Translations under genes and position numbers: made by a program
Origin: Octopus vulgaris
Lineage: Eukaryota
Reading direction: 5' to 3'
Length of the DNA stretch: 64,000 nucleotides
Assembly: GCA_951406725.2 (NCBI GenBank)
Contig: OX597814.1
Location: 102,610,001-102,674,000 of the forward strand
The notes under the pieces: model-generated
What the model was told of the DNA's origin: nothing
Seen by the model: only the letters and a program-made list of their open reading frames with translations
Database searches by the model: none
Part shown: one piece after another, positions 1 to 13,599 of the stretch
How the letters are laid out: the number at the start of each line of letters is the position of its first letter
Position numbering within the stretch: the stretch's first letter is position 1

Positions 1-469
1 TTCGCCATCAATTCAGTGCAGGATGGCGACAGGTTAGGTGTTTGTTTATTTATCAAAAGAATACCCACCCATCCACCTACCTACCGTCAAATATAAATCA
101 AAGAGTGGCTTGGGTAGGTGATACGGTATGTCATCCATTCATTAATAATACATCACTTCATTTTACCAACATCCTTCATGTGTTTAACAATTTGTCGTTG
201 AATTATTTACGCAGCTTGTTAATTAATCCATCCATCTACGTACACTCTTACCTTCGTCTGCATCCATTCATACCATTTTCCTCTTACACACACACACACA
301 CACACACTCGAATATTTACATATATATACATACACATTGATGCAAGAACATAAAGGTAATTGTGTTGATTACATTGGTCACAGTTAGTCATCTATCTGAA
401 GCGCTGTTTTTCTTTTGCTTTTCTTTTCCTTTAGTTTTACTTTTTTTTTCCTTTCATCTCTGCGCACAC

Positions 470-1050
470 TTTGTATGTATGTATGTATGTATGTGTGTAT
501 GTAATGTATGTATGTATGTATGTATGTATGTATGCATGTATGTATGTATGTATGTATGTATGTATGTATGTATGTATGTATGTGTGTATGTGTGTGTGTG
601 TATGTGTGTATGTTTGTGTATATGTGTGTGTGTATGTATGTATGTATGTGTGTATGTATGTATGTATGTATGTGTGTATGTATGTATGTATGTATATATG
701 TATGTATGTATGTATGTATGTGTGTATGTGTGTATGTATGTGTGTATGTATGCATGCATGTATGTATGTGTGTGTATATGTATGTATGTATGTGTGTGTA
801 TATGTATGTATGTATGTACGTGTGCATAAACTATGTATTCTTTTACTATTCTGTATTCCGTATGCTCTATGTAAATATGTGTGTGTATGTGTGTATGGAT
901 GTGTATGTGTGTATATTCTTACCTTCATAAATATATATAGTTGCATGTATGTATGTATGTATGTATGTATGTATGTATGTATGTATGTATGTATGTATGT
1001 ATGTATGTATGTATGTACGTATATATGTATTATGTATGTATTGTATGTGG
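470..1050. repeat. (TATG)n/(TG)n compound microsatellite
   Basis: Direct tandem repeats; they explain the YVCM/HTYI ORFs. Confidence 0.95.
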
Positions 1051-1061
1051 GTGTATATATA

Positions 1062-1277
1062 CGAGGGGGTGCTGAAAAGTTCCTGGCTTTAAGGGTGTTG
1101 CGAAAGGCCTGATTGGAGACCCAACCTTCCGAGTTCTTTTAACGGGCTTTGAAAAACTGAAGGACCGTTGCAATAAGTGTGTGAATCTGAGAGAGGACTA
1201 TGTTGAATTAAATCATAATTAACTGATCCTCTGTATTTTCTTTTACTCGTAGCCAGGAACTTTACAGCACTCCCTCC
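1062..1277 (+). mobile_element. Mariner-derived MITE
   Basis: TA-flanked TIRs CGAGGGGGTGCTGAAAAGTTCCTGGCT...AGCCAGGAACTTTACAGCACTCCCTCC; interior encodes a mariner C-terminal relic (GFEKLKDRCNKCVNLREDYVE). Confidence 0.85.
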
Positions 1278-1467
1278 TAATATATGTGTGCAATGTGCAT
1301 ACATACATTAGATGTGTGGCAGTGTGTATGTAGATGCGTGTATTAGAGCAGTCACCCCAGAAGCTATACCTCACTATAACCGAGGATCTTGCCTGGTGAA
1401 AGTACACCCTTAAAATAGCTAGAACCGCATCCTAAAGCCTGGCCCTTCTCTTCAGGGCCAGGAAACA

Positions 1468-1684
1468 TTGGTTTCAATTTTTGGCACCAGGCCAGCAATT
1501 TTGAGGGCGAGAGGGAATTAATTACATCGACCCCAGTGCTCAACTGGTACTTATTTTATCGACCACGAAACGATAAAAGGCGAAATGGACCACTGCGGAA
1601 TTTGAATTCAAAACATAAAGACGGGTGAAATGCCACTGATCATTTTGCCCGGCATGCTAACGATTCTGCCAGCTCGCCACCTTA
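1468..1684 (-). mobile_element. tRNA-derived SINE (family A)
   Basis: Reverse copy of the 35706-35940 SINE (GGCGAGCTGGCAGAATCGTTAGC head; ATAAAATAAGTACCAGTTGAGCACTGGGGTCGATG body). Confidence 0.85.
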
Positions 1685-3244
1685 GGGTCAGGAATTATTA
1701 CATCCCTCAATAGTTTACTGACAATGTCTCTCTACAAGGTTCGGTGAGGCTCACAGTATTGCTCCCACATCTGAAATTGTGCAGCTACAACGAACACAGA
1801 TATTCTGAACCGCTGCACCCAAAGAAGGGTTTCTCGACTAATTGGTATTCAACCACTTAGGGACACGCTACTGTCTCCTCTCTTGTATTTTCTGTAATGG
1901 TCTCTGATCTTCGGAGCTAGACAGTCTCGTACGTCCACTACTTAGACACCCTGACCAGTTCATCTTTTCACGTCTTACCATTCTTGGTGCATCCAATACC
2001 TTCGGTCCCACGCTAGTCATCATTCAAAGTCCTTTGTATCCAGATCACCAACCTTCCTAAATCTTCTCCCTGCTCACTTCTTTCCTACAGGTGTTGGTTT
2101 GCATTAACAACCTCGAACTTACCGGTCTCAGACGCCCTGCACACGTCTTGGACAACGCCCCTTCCTTTAAGCTCAACAAATAAGATAAAATGGATATATG
2201 TATGAGAGAGTATATATGAGTATAGGTATATATGTATGAATATATGTGTGAGTGGATGTGTGTGTAGATATATATGTGCCTGTGTGTGAGTGTGTGTGTG
2301 TGTGTGTGTATGCGTATATATATATATATATATATATATAAGAATGAGATCTATCATCATTGTATATTTATGTGTGTGAGTGTATTTTGTGTGTTTGTAA
2401 ATATGTGTACATATGTGTGTGTCTATGTGTGAACATAAACATGCACGCATATACACCGACACACACATACATATACGCACAAATTCACACTCAGTCTGAC
2501 ACACTCCCTTTCAAATGTATTGTTTAAATCATCCCACACGCCTCCTAACACACAAACCCATTGTTTATTTAAGTCTAAACACACTCCAAAAATAAACATT
2601 AAAAAAATCCACTACACTTTAATCACATACATTACCACATTACACAAGTCAAAAGGAAAACTCCAACTTCTATTAACACACGCATACACACATACAAATA
2701 TACACAGATGTATTATAGACATCTCACATAGCTACGAATGCAAACGCGCGCTCGAACACATACACCACAAATGCCCATAAACATATTGTTAATTTAAATA
2801 ATTCCACACTTTTACTAACATAAACGCACACATACACACAGATTTATTCGTTTATTTAAGAGACAACGTATACAGAGACTTTACATTTTATCCTCCTCCC
2901 ATTTTACCTCGACTATGTTTAAATCAAATCCGGTAGTTCTGCTGATCAAACTTTAGAGCTTTTCCATCGTTAAGTTAGTTCTCTAGTGAAATGTTATAGA
3001 TCTGTTGACTGTTGAATACGAGTGAGGGACAAACAAAAAAAATCTGTTTATTCAAGCAAACACTCCGGTAGCGCAATCGATAAAATCTCGTTTAACCCAG
3101 AGATCAAAGAGGAAATTTTGCACATGTGCGTAAGCTCACAGATACAAACACACACATACACATAAATGTTTATATAAAATGAATGTTGCTTAATATTGTG
3201 ATATTAGTAGACCCCGTGCCGTCAAAGATGACGGCAAATTGTAG

Positions 3245-3450
<206 letters not shown>

Positions 3451-3456
<6 letters not shown>

Positions 3457-4334
3457 ATATATTAAAAGTCAGATTGAATCTTGCTTGCAATGTTACTCAG
3501 CCAAACTGGCGCATAATGTGAAATCACTATGAATTACGTTTACCTTGAAATGTAAATACGAACGAAATGAAACAAATTTCGCGTAAATCTGATAAGTAGT
3601 TGTGAAGGTATTAAGGGTTTCAGGGTATAAATACCCAAAACGGTGGATAATAGGAAAAATCTCCGAAATTAACTTAATTCTGACAAGAAAGTAACTCTTA
3701 CCTTTCGATTAGACACTGACTTGACAACGAAAAAATACAATTTGCTTCTTTACAGTAAATAATCATTTGGAAATATTTTTAAGTCAATGTGATTTCAAAA
3801 ATGTAAGTTGTTTGTCCAATAAGTATTTATATTTTAGCTTTCTTTAGACAGACAATATTTTAATGTTTTTTTTTTAAATTATTTTCAAGTGAATACCATT
3901 ACAAAAATTTTTTGGGCATATCTAAAATATATTTTAAAGTGAAAATGACTTTAAAAATACGGTAAATATTTCGTAAAAGACCCGTTCGTAACCTCGGTGT
4001 GAAATAGTTTTTTTTTCCATAGGGTTTTTTCGAGAGAATTCAACGTTTCTCACCTCCAAAGATTTGGCTGCCATTTCTAGCACGCCTTGCTACCGCGTAA
4101 CAGCTATTTGCGATAAAGGACCCGAAATACCTGTTACGTGGTAGCAGGGCATGCAAGAAACAGCAGCCAAACCTTTCCTTTTCTGGAGAAAGGATCTGCT
4201 TACGCGTGATTTCGATGTCACATTCGTTGAAAGCATGTAAAATAACCTGGGAAAGAAAAAAAAATACACCAAAATAAACTTCGTTGCGGGGAAAATCAGT
4301 TTCACTGTGACAAAACTGGTCATGGGTAATCTAG
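3451..4334 (+). mobile_element. Non-autonomous Helitron-like unit 1
   Basis: TC-like start; 3' hairpin GTGACAAAACTGGTCAT followed by GGGTAATCTAG|T; homologous to 4335-5213 and 21448-22374. Confidence 0.65.
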
Positions 4335-5213
4335 TAATACATTAAAAGTCAGATTGAATCTTGCTTGCTTATAATGTTACTCAGCCAAACTGGTACATAA
4401 TGGGGAAATACTATGAATTACGTTTACTCTGAAATGTTAATACGAACGGAATGAAACAAATGTCGCGTAAATTGGATAATGGTTGTGGAAATATTAAGAG
4501 GTTTCGGGGTATAAATACCCAAACCGGTGCATAATGGGAAAAGTCTCCGAAATTAATTTAATCCTGAAATTACCATTCGATTAGACACTGACTTGATAAC
4601 GAAAAAATACGATTTTTTTTTAACAGTAAATGTTTTCTATTTTCCCTTTTGTTAAACACGATATTTTAATCATTTAGAAATATTTTAAAGTCAATGTGAT
4701 TTCAAAAATGTAAGTTGTTTGTGCAATAAATATATATTTCAGCTTTCTTTAAACAGACAATGTTTTAATGTTGTCTTTTTTTTATTATTTTCAGCAAATA
4801 CCATTGCAAAAATTTTTTTGGCATATATACAATATATTTTAAAGTGAAAATGTCTTAAAAAATACTGTAAATATTTCATAAAAGACCCGTTCGTAACCTC
4901 GGTGTGAAATAATTTTTTCCATAGGTTTTTTTTTCCGAGTGAATTCAGCGTATTTCACCTTCAAAGATTTGGCTGCTACTTCTAGCACGCCCTGCTACCA
5001 GGTAACTGCTATTTGCGATGAAGGACCCGAAATACCTGTCACGTGGTAGCAGGGTGTGCAAGAAATAGCAGCCAAATCTTTCCTTTTCTGGGGAAAAGAG
5101 ATGTTTACGCGTGATTTCGATGTCACATTCGTTGAAAGCATGCAAAATAACCCGGGAAAGAAAAAATATCCACGAAACAAATCTCCGTTGATGGAAAACT
5201 CAGACGTTTCCGG
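4335..5213 (+). mobile_element. Helitron-like unit 2 (tandem copy, 3' end missing)
   Basis: Colinear diverged repeat of 3455-4300 that starts immediately after the CTAG of unit 1. Confidence 0.65.
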
Positions 5214-5250
5214 AGTTTGTGTATGTGTGTGTGATTGTAATATTTATTTT

Positions 5251-6521
5251 GGATCTTTTCATTTTCGTCGCCAGGACCCCAGATCTTTCTAGTTAACTAA
5301 ATAATTTGAAACTTCGTGTGCTGGTAGAGTGTCTCAAAACAAAAGACTAGTTCCAACTTGTTTATTTGAGAAAATTCTATTTTATGACTTTAATCGTAGA
5401 TTAAAACTGCGAATTTTAACCAATCAGGTTGTTTGTTTTCATATCTAATACTTTACTGCATTCTGTTAGTGTGACGTAGAAAGCTATTTTGTGACGTAGG
5501 CAACTGTGCACATTTTTGCTAATAAGCACGTGTGTTAGTCTGGCTATTTTCTTCTGTTTAAGACGAACTAATTAATTAGACCACTTCACGATCATTTTAT
5601 AAATTAAGACGAGCAAATTATATTACTGTAACATCGAACCGTAAGTCTGACTATTTTCTTATTTAATTTCTGTTTAAGACGAACTATCGATATTTCATTT
5701 TGGAAGTGTGTATGTATGGCCGATTCAGTGTAATTTTTTACTCAGTTTATGTGTATATGTATGTCTGAATGTATGTGTGTGTGTGTATGTGTGTGTGTAT
5801 GTGTGTATATATGTATGTATGTATGGCCGATTCAGTGTAATTTTTTACTCGGTGTATGTGTATATGTATGTCTGCATGTATGTGTGTGTGTGTATGTATC
5901 TATGTATGTGTGTGTGTAAGTATGTGTAAAAAATTACACTGAATCGGCCATACATACATACATACATACATACACACACACACATACATACACACACATA
6001 CATACACACACACATACATACACACACATACATACATAGATACATACACACACACACACATACATATACACATACACCGAGTAAAAAATTTCATCGTTTT
6101 AACTCGAAATAAACTAAACACTGAATCGGCCATACATACATACACACACACACACATACATTCACACACACACATACATAGATACATACACACACACACA
6201 CACATACATACATATACACATACACCGAGTAATAAAAAATTTCAGTTGTGTTTACATTTCACATCCCATGTGTTTACTACGTCACCAAATTGGTGGTCAC
6301 GTCTATTGAGACGGAGTAAATAATATCAAGCCGAAAGATAGAATACTATTGGTTAAAATTCTAATTATTAAACAATGTTAAACTTAGAAGTTACAATTCC
6401 GTTTTCATTCTGGTTTACAATTAAGTTTACTTTTGACACATTCTACCAGTATACGAAGTTTCAAATTGTTTGGTTCAGTAGGAAAAATTTGAAAAAATTG
6501 GCTACGAAAATGAAAAGATCC
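5251..6521. mobile_element. Foldback/long-TIR non-autonomous element with microsatellite-rich centre
   Basis: GGATCTTTTCATTTTCGT...ACGAAAATGAAAAGATCC termini; TTTATTTT on both flanks (5243-5250, 6522-6529); internal GGCCGATTCAGTG subrepeats in both orientations. Confidence 0.75.
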
Positions 6522-6904
6522 TTTATTTTTAACAAAACAGACAGAATATGTATAGTAAATCAAATTAATACACTTGTAAATGTTCTCTAGTGGTTGTCTT
6601 TTGAGATGTGACATCGATCATCGTTTGTTACTGAAAGAACGCTGATTCACTCATACAATCATTCACATACTTCCCTTGTACACGCACACACATACACACA
6701 TATACTCACAGAGTTGAAACGCTGTTTGATTTTTTTCACCGTAGAATTTCCATCATCTTACTACCAGTTTGCCATCACCCCTTCCTTCCTTATTCATCTA
6801 TCACCCCCTTCCTTTCTCATTCATATGTTGTGACGGAGAAAAACACAAGAGTATTATTATACTAGATATTTTCCTCAACTGGAGGGATAGCTAGCTTGTT
6901 AGGT

Positions 6905-7045
6905 AGGTGTAGAAACAAATGCACACACACACGACGGGTTCCTTTCAGTTACCAAATCCACTCACAAGGCTTTGGTTGGCCCAAGGCTATTGAAAGTTGC
7001 CCAAGGTGTCACGCTGCGGAACTGAACCATGTTGTTGAGAAGCGT
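6905..7045 (-). mobile_element. Partial SINE (family B)
   Basis: Reverse match to 31919-32087 (CCTTGGGCAA, AAAGCCTTGTGAGTGGATTTGGT, ACTGAAAG). Confidence 0.7.
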
Positions 7046-7254
7046 CCCTATTCATGACTACTGAAGTCACTGCCCTTGCCGAAAGTACCTGCTGCCATTG
7101 AAAGATTCACAAAAACACGGTCGAGAATCTTTCTCGCTTGGAATTGAAGGCGGAACGATTGTCTGTATTACAGCAAACAAATTTGGCTTGTCAATCTGGC
7201 ATTCCAATTTGTGTGTGTGTGTGCGTGCACGCACGCGTGTGTGTTTACAACCTG

Positions 7255-7440
7255 CCGCATGTTCGGGCCATCGGCCATTAAACCGGTAACCTTATGGAAA
7301 ATGACAGACATCAAGAGGCAGAGATCAAACTTCAAAGACGCAAAGAGCGACTCGCACTTCTTCGTTCCCCACCAACTCTTCCCTGCGATAAATGCCTCCG
7401 GCTCATCAATACCGCCTTTGGCCTGAAAGGCCACCTCTTA
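7255..7440 (+). mobile_element. RTE-like LINE 3' fragment with C2H2-like finger
   Basis: Translation ...RRKER...PTLPCDKCLRLINTAFGLKGH, resembling the end of 12340-13075. Confidence 0.5.
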
Positions 7441-7479
7441 ACTTCTGTCACTTGTGAAGAAATTATGGTATCATCAGTG

Positions 7480-8350
7480 GAGATTGTCATGGATGATTTG
7501 CTGATTGTGTCAAGGCAAGAATAGCAGGGAGAAGGTTTGAGAAAGCTTGAGGAGTTGATTTCATGGACTGGGATGGAGTTTAAGGAAAAAAGTTTAATGT
7601 GTGTGAAGGAAAGGCGAGTTCATGCAAACGAAGATGACATCCCATGTGTTTCAGAGCAAGGAGTGAAGCGTCTAGGACCGTGGTAGGAGGTCAATCTGAA
7701 TGACAAACATTATGATGTAAGGCTTCCGGAGAAGGTAAGCGAGTGGGTGATGCTTATTGATGAGGCATTGATTACGGAAAAAGCAAAGCTATAGTGTTGT
7801 CGATTTGAGTTGTTACTAGGAGTTAGGTAGCAGTTGCTTATATATGAGGTAGCAGTTACATGGGTTGGGTAGACGCAGCAAATGATGAATGTTTATGATA
7901 GAATGTGGTTGCGAGTGTGAAGAATGTTGTCCAATGTCGTTTGATTAGGCCTCTCAGGGAAATTGCGACTGCTTATGACAAAGGTGGTCGAAGGATTTAA
8001 AGCAACCAAGGTTCACTCGGTTATGATAATGAAGGAGTCTGCGGAGTGCAGAATAAGGCTTCAGTTCATATTGGGCACAAGTGGAAGACGATAGAAACCG
8101 CAACGAAGTCGGTGCACATGTGAAATGAAAAGAGATTTGGAATTCATTGCAAACTAGCAGAAAAAGTGTGGGTTTCTTGTCTACTGATTAGCGTATAGGA
8201 TGGTATGGACAGACGGAATTTAGTGGTAGAAGCTGTCAGAAACAAGAAGGGTAAAGTCACAAAGGTAGTTCAGCTGGAAGTTCAATATTTACAGATAAAG
8301 TGAAATGAAGTGGGTCAAAAATTCATCTCTTGGAAGATGTCATTGTCAGT
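7480..8350 (+). mobile_element. Highly degraded RLE-type non-LTR RT relic (Hero/NeSL-like)
   Basis: Motif remnants MDDL, ELISWTGMEFK, LLIYEVAVTWV; many stops. Confidence 0.45.
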
Positions 8351-8474
8351 CGAAACATTAATGAGATCTGGTGTACTCGTAAAAATCATCCGGTATTGGC
8401 AGAGATGGCCTTCGCAAATTATATTTTATAAATAGTAAGATTTGTTGTTGTGTATGTGAAGTAATAATCTTTTC

Positions 8475-8682
8475 TACTAAAGGCACAAGGCTTGAAATTT
8501 TGAGAGAGGGGACTAGACAATTACATCGATCCCGGTGTTCAACTGGTACTTATTTTATCGACCCCGAAAGGATGAAAGACAACGTTGACCTTGGCGGAAT
8601 TTGAACTCAGAACATGAAGACGGACGAAATGTCGTTAAGCATTTTACCCGGCTTGCTAATGATTCTGCCAACTCGCCGCCTT
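8475..8682 (-). mobile_element. tRNA-derived SINE (family A)
   Basis: Reverse copy of the family A head and body. Confidence 0.85.
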
Positions 8683-8861
8683 CATGTGTAGTAATAATAG
8701 TTGTTGTTAGTTTTCTAATATAGATATGGACGAAGATGGCATTTTTTATTTAATGAGTTTTTAGATAATGTTTAAATAATCTGTAATGTCTTATACATAT
8801 TACCAGAGGGTCCAACATGGCTGTCTATGCTAGTATCAATAATGTAGCCTAAATATGAATG

Positions 8862-8862
<1 letters not shown>

Positions 8863-8912
<50 letters not shown>

Positions 8913-8966
8913 TGATGATGATGATGATGATGATAATAATAATAACATCAACAACAACAACAACAT
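8863..8966. repeat. (AAT)n/(GAT)n/(CAA)n microsatellite
   Basis: Direct tandem repeats. Confidence 0.95.
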
Positions 8967-9619
8967 CTAAGAAAATAGCATTTGTTCATTGTTCACGGGG
9001 GCGTGTGATAAAGTGACATTTTAAATCTAATGTATTAATACAACATAATTTCCATAGTATCGACCAATTAGTAAAAGTTATTGTTCTCGAAACTAATAAC
9101 CGGTTTTATTAAAAATTTATAATAATAGTAATAATAATAATTTCTTTTATTGGCCACTAGGGTGACGGGTAATGGGAAATTGCAAAGACAAATTAGAAGA
9201 CTAATGATAATAAAAAAGGAAAGGGGAGAAGCGGATGGGAAATGGATAAAGTTTGAGAATATTCTACTGTGTTATGTCTTACTGACATGATTTCAGAATT
9301 TCTGTATTAAAATAGGCCGGCAACTTATTGTTATATTGCATGACATTGCGCGCGCGCGCACACACACACACACAACTAAGTACATAAATGCAAAACATGG
9401 TGGAAAAAATAGTACTCGAATACCAAAGGTAGAATAATGTACTTTTTATTAAAGCTGCAAAATTATCGCAGAACTGTTGCTCAGAGTTTTACGTTACCGT
9501 TTGTTGGATAGCTGCGGTAAATATTTATTACAACTGTCCGACGAAACTCTGAGTAATAGTTGTGTGATAATTTTGTAGCTCATATATATGCGTGTGTATG
9601 CGTGTATACACACACACAA

Positions 9620-10562
9620 TCTCGAGTATAACCAGCCGAAACTGCAAAGATAATCTAGAACTTGACTGAGGATAGAAAACTCCGAATGATCCGTCCTTGT
9701 TTTCCTTCGATCGTCTGTCTGGATATTTTGTTTTCCTTTTTTTGTTTCACCTAACTGTCTGGATGTTTTGCGTTCTTGTCCCATTTTTGTATTTTTATAT
9801 ATAAAATATTGCGGCGTACGTACACTTTGGTCTCTTATATGTAAGTATATATATCTAAATTTTGTACGACTTTATTGTTCTTTGAATTCTTTCTTTCTTT
9901 CCTTCTTTCTTTCAGCTCTTTCACACTTCGTTCATTCCACTCTTCGTTCTTTCGTTCCCCCTCTCTCACATTTTCTGGCCTTCTCTTCATGCTCACTTTC
10001 CCTCTTTCACTTCACTGTGTCTCATTCATTTTTCTCTCGCCCCTCCTTAATTCTTCTATCCTTCTGCCTCTACCTCTCTCTCTTCTCTCCCCACGTGTTC
10101 GGCCAGGCCTGACCTTTCTTTCTTGGTTGGACTACTGTCCGTGCAACATCTATATTCCTTCATGTGCTTGTTAAATCTTATGTCCCTGCCGTAAGGCTTT
10201 ACTTCCACACACGCCAGCTTAATTTAATTCGTCCTTAATCGAAAGACACCTGTTGTTATGTCCTGTTATTTATATTTGTGTAACATTTCTGTTGTTTTTT
10301 TTTATCGTCCTTGCTTCGTATGCATTCGCTGCTTTCTTCCAAGGAATCTAATGCTCTTAGCTTATTTTTCCTTGTGGCTGGCCAGATTGGAGCTATCTTG
10401 AGTATAACCATCCGAAATTGCAAAGATTATCTGGAACTCGACTGAGGATAGAAAACTCCGAATGATCCGTCCTTGTTTTCCTTCGATTGTCTATCTAGAT
10501 ATTTTGTTTTCTTTTTTATGTTTCACCTGTCTGGATGTTTTGCGTTCTTGTCCCATTTTTGT
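9620..10562 (+). repeat. Element with ~165-bp direct terminal repeats (9620-9790, 10398-10562)
   Basis: GAGTATAACCA...GACTGAGGATAGAAAACTCCGAATGATCCGTCC...CGTTCTTGTCCCATTTTT occurs twice; ends in (TA)n; Penelope pLTR-like organisation. Confidence 0.6.
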
Positions 10563-10563
10563 G

Positions 10564-10607
<44 letters not shown>

Positions 10608-11195
10608 GTATACTTGTACTATAAAAAATTACGGTAAGTAAGAAATAAGTTGAATCTGGTATTTTATAGATGCATCTACATTACATGAACTCTACATGTT
10701 TGATACAGACTTTTTGCCACACATCATATGTTACCAAGACTAGATTCTCACCAAAGTTCAATTCCCAAAAGTAGTATATTTTGTTAATAATCGATGTAGC
10801 TTACATTTCAGAACTGTTACGGTGAAACAAGCCATCATAATTCAAAACTTTTACTCAAAATACGTTCACTGCATATATTTCTTGTGTTTAATATGAACGA
10901 TGTATTTTAGTATAAAATACATCCCAACTTGCATGTACTAAAATATACATATTTGCTGTACATTTTTTCATACATCATCCTGTGATGCTCCTAGACACAT
11001 ATTCAGTTATGTTTCCTTGGAGTGATTAGGTGTTTCGGGTCTTTCAACATCAGACACCCTCATCCAGGCGACCCAGCCATGGTTGATCATGTTCTGGTTT
11101 GTGTCCTGTTAGTACTACCCTGGTAGCACTGACCTCACCTCCTGACCCACAACCACCTCGAGGCAACCAATGCTACCTCTACAAGTGCCTCCCCT

Positions 11196-11419
11196 CAGGG
11201 CCGGCGCTAGGAAGTGCAAGCCCCAATTAGAGAATTGTCAGTGAAGCCCTCTATTCTACAAAAGCTGAAGATTGGAACCTTATGCTTCGTGTGGTACGCC
11301 AATCCCGGCCAAAAAGCGTTAAGGGATATACTAAAAGTTCATCATATCGTCCTCCGCTCGAGCCTGTGCGTGGGGCTCATTTTGAATACATCTGTATAAT
11401 TGGTTTAAAACCAGCCCTG
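11196..11419. mobile_element. Small TIR element (hAT-like MITE)
   Basis: CAGGGCCGG...CCAGCCCTG termini; no clean TSD. Confidence 0.4.
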
Positions 11420-11668
11420 CTCTCCCAAGAGAGCACTGGGTATGTCGAAAAGAGCTTTAAGCATTAGGGGGCAGTGAGGTAACGTAATTAACATACTAAT
11501 ATTACCTATAGTAGTAATTGTATTATACATGATAAAACTAGTAATGGTAATTAAAATAAAATGAGAGATAAGTATATATCGTGACTAAGAACATGTTTGA
11601 ACAAGAATAATTAATTTTTAATGTTATATTTCTGCCTTGAATAGTATTTTTAGGTTAGCAGTCTTGCT

Positions 11669-11707
<39 letters not shown>

Positions 11708-12248
11708 GAAAGACATTTGAGTAAAATCTATAAATTTAGTTTAGTCATGAGATCTCACTTGCCACATCGGTGGGCGCTAGGCTTAACAACTGCTTAAAAA
11801 AAGTGGGATACAACCCCCCCACCCAAAGGTTAAGAACTACTGCTGTTGGCTCTGTAGAGGGATGATCTTGCAAACCCTCTCATCCCACCTCGATGGAATC
11901 ACACCTGTCTCACCTCCCACTGCACATATATAATTATACCATTTTAATATTGCACGTATGGATTGTACACTGCATCATACATTATTGAATGTAGCTTTCA
12001 CGCTCCTTCTTTGAGTCTGTTCTGTGAACGTAGATGGGAAGATGTACTCTTGATACTTTTTACTATATATACAGTGGCTTGTATATATAGTTAAATAGAT
12101 CTTTTATTGCAGCATTTCTTTGTTGTTGTGAAGAATGTTTCCATTCAGATTTCCTTGATCCTCACTCCTTTCAATGCTCAACCTTAGATTATTCATATTT
12201 CTAGTATATATACAATTAATGCTCAGCGAAGTTTATTATGGAAGAAAC

Positions 12249-12297
<49 letters not shown>

Positions 12298-12339
12298 CGT
12301 GTATACACATCAACTGAAACATGTATATATTTTCAATAT

Positions 12340-13075
12340 CTAAACAACCTTTTAGAAGCGCACCTCAGAAAAGGATGTGGTACATAGAATTGGAGCTGCA
12401 CACGGGACATTTGGAAAGCTAATCAAACGCGTATTCAATAAGAAAATTATGGTCTATAATGTTGTCATTTCACCCTTGATATATGGTTGCGAAGCCTGGA
12501 CTTTACATCGTCGTGACAGCCTAAAATTAGGGCGCTTTCAACAGCAAAAGCTTCGTTCAATATTGAGCATTAAATGGAAACACTATGTGACTAACAACGA
12601 AGTCCTGGAAAGATGCAACAGTCAAAGCAGCCAATCACCGATCATGAAACATTGTCTCCTATAGTCAGGACATGTCGCAAGAATGGAAACGTCAAGGTTT
12701 CCACGCCAAGTCTTATTTAGCGAACTCACTTCAGGGAAAAGACTACGGAATTGTTCTCTTCGAAGGTGCAAGAACCAACTCAAAACAACACTGAAAGCCA
12801 TTGGACTTGAGCCTAAATCGTTTGAACCACAACCCCGAGATCGTACCACGGGGCGGTGTCCCATCACCATCGGAACAAAAATCTTCGAAACCACCATAAG
12901 AGAAAAGGAAGTAATCAAACGACAGGAGAGAAAGGCTCGAGAAAATCAACCTTGTTCTCCACCAAATTTACCATGCAGCCAATGTCATCGACTCTTCTAT
13001 ACAAGAATTGGTCTACATTGTCATCAATGCCATCACTATAAAGGAAGCGTTCAGCAAAGAAGAAACTAAATTCTC
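12340..13075 (+). mobile_element. RTE-clade LINE 3' fragment (pseudogenised)
   Basis: LIYGCEAWTLHRRD, LRSILSIKW..VTNNEVLER, FPRQVLFSEL, C-terminal CSQCHRLFYTRIGLHCH. Confidence 0.85.
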
Positions 13076-13141
13076 GGCGACGGCAGGTGCGATAGGTGAA
13101 AACTGTGCATAATGTATAATGTATTACACTCGTCTGTTAAA

Positions 13142-13187
<46 letters not shown>

Positions 13188-13215
13188 ACACACAAGTATA
13201 TACACATACCTGCGT

Positions 13216-13263
<48 letters not shown>

Positions 13264-13599
13264 CATACGCATATGTGCACTCTATGTTTTATACACGTCT
13301 GTTAAAATATTTCTTCTTGGGTATTTTAACATACCCAAGTAAGCATGCATGTAAATTCATACGTTTGTGTTTTCATCTGTGTAAATGCTGTAGCTTTTGA
13401 TGTAGGTGGGCTCTCACTGCTACCCAATAAGTTTGTTTATATAACAGGTCTAAACAATTGTTATAGAGTGCGATCGCTATATGGTCACAATATTTTTCAA
13501 AACAGTGAGTCAATAGTTTTGGGTACAGTATACAGGGTATTATGCAAATAAAGATGTGGATGGTGGGTGGGAAGGATAGAGTGCCATAAGGTCACACCC

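Noticed and set aside
362-1112. Long overlapping ORFs (YVCM/HTYI repeats); similar ones at 5708-6205, 26464-26929 and 34947-35384
   Set aside because: Stop-free translations of microsatellites
5708-6230. Repeat-spacer pattern resembling CRISPR
   Set aside because: Spacers are microsatellites, the repeats flip orientation, the context is eukaryotic and there are no cas genes
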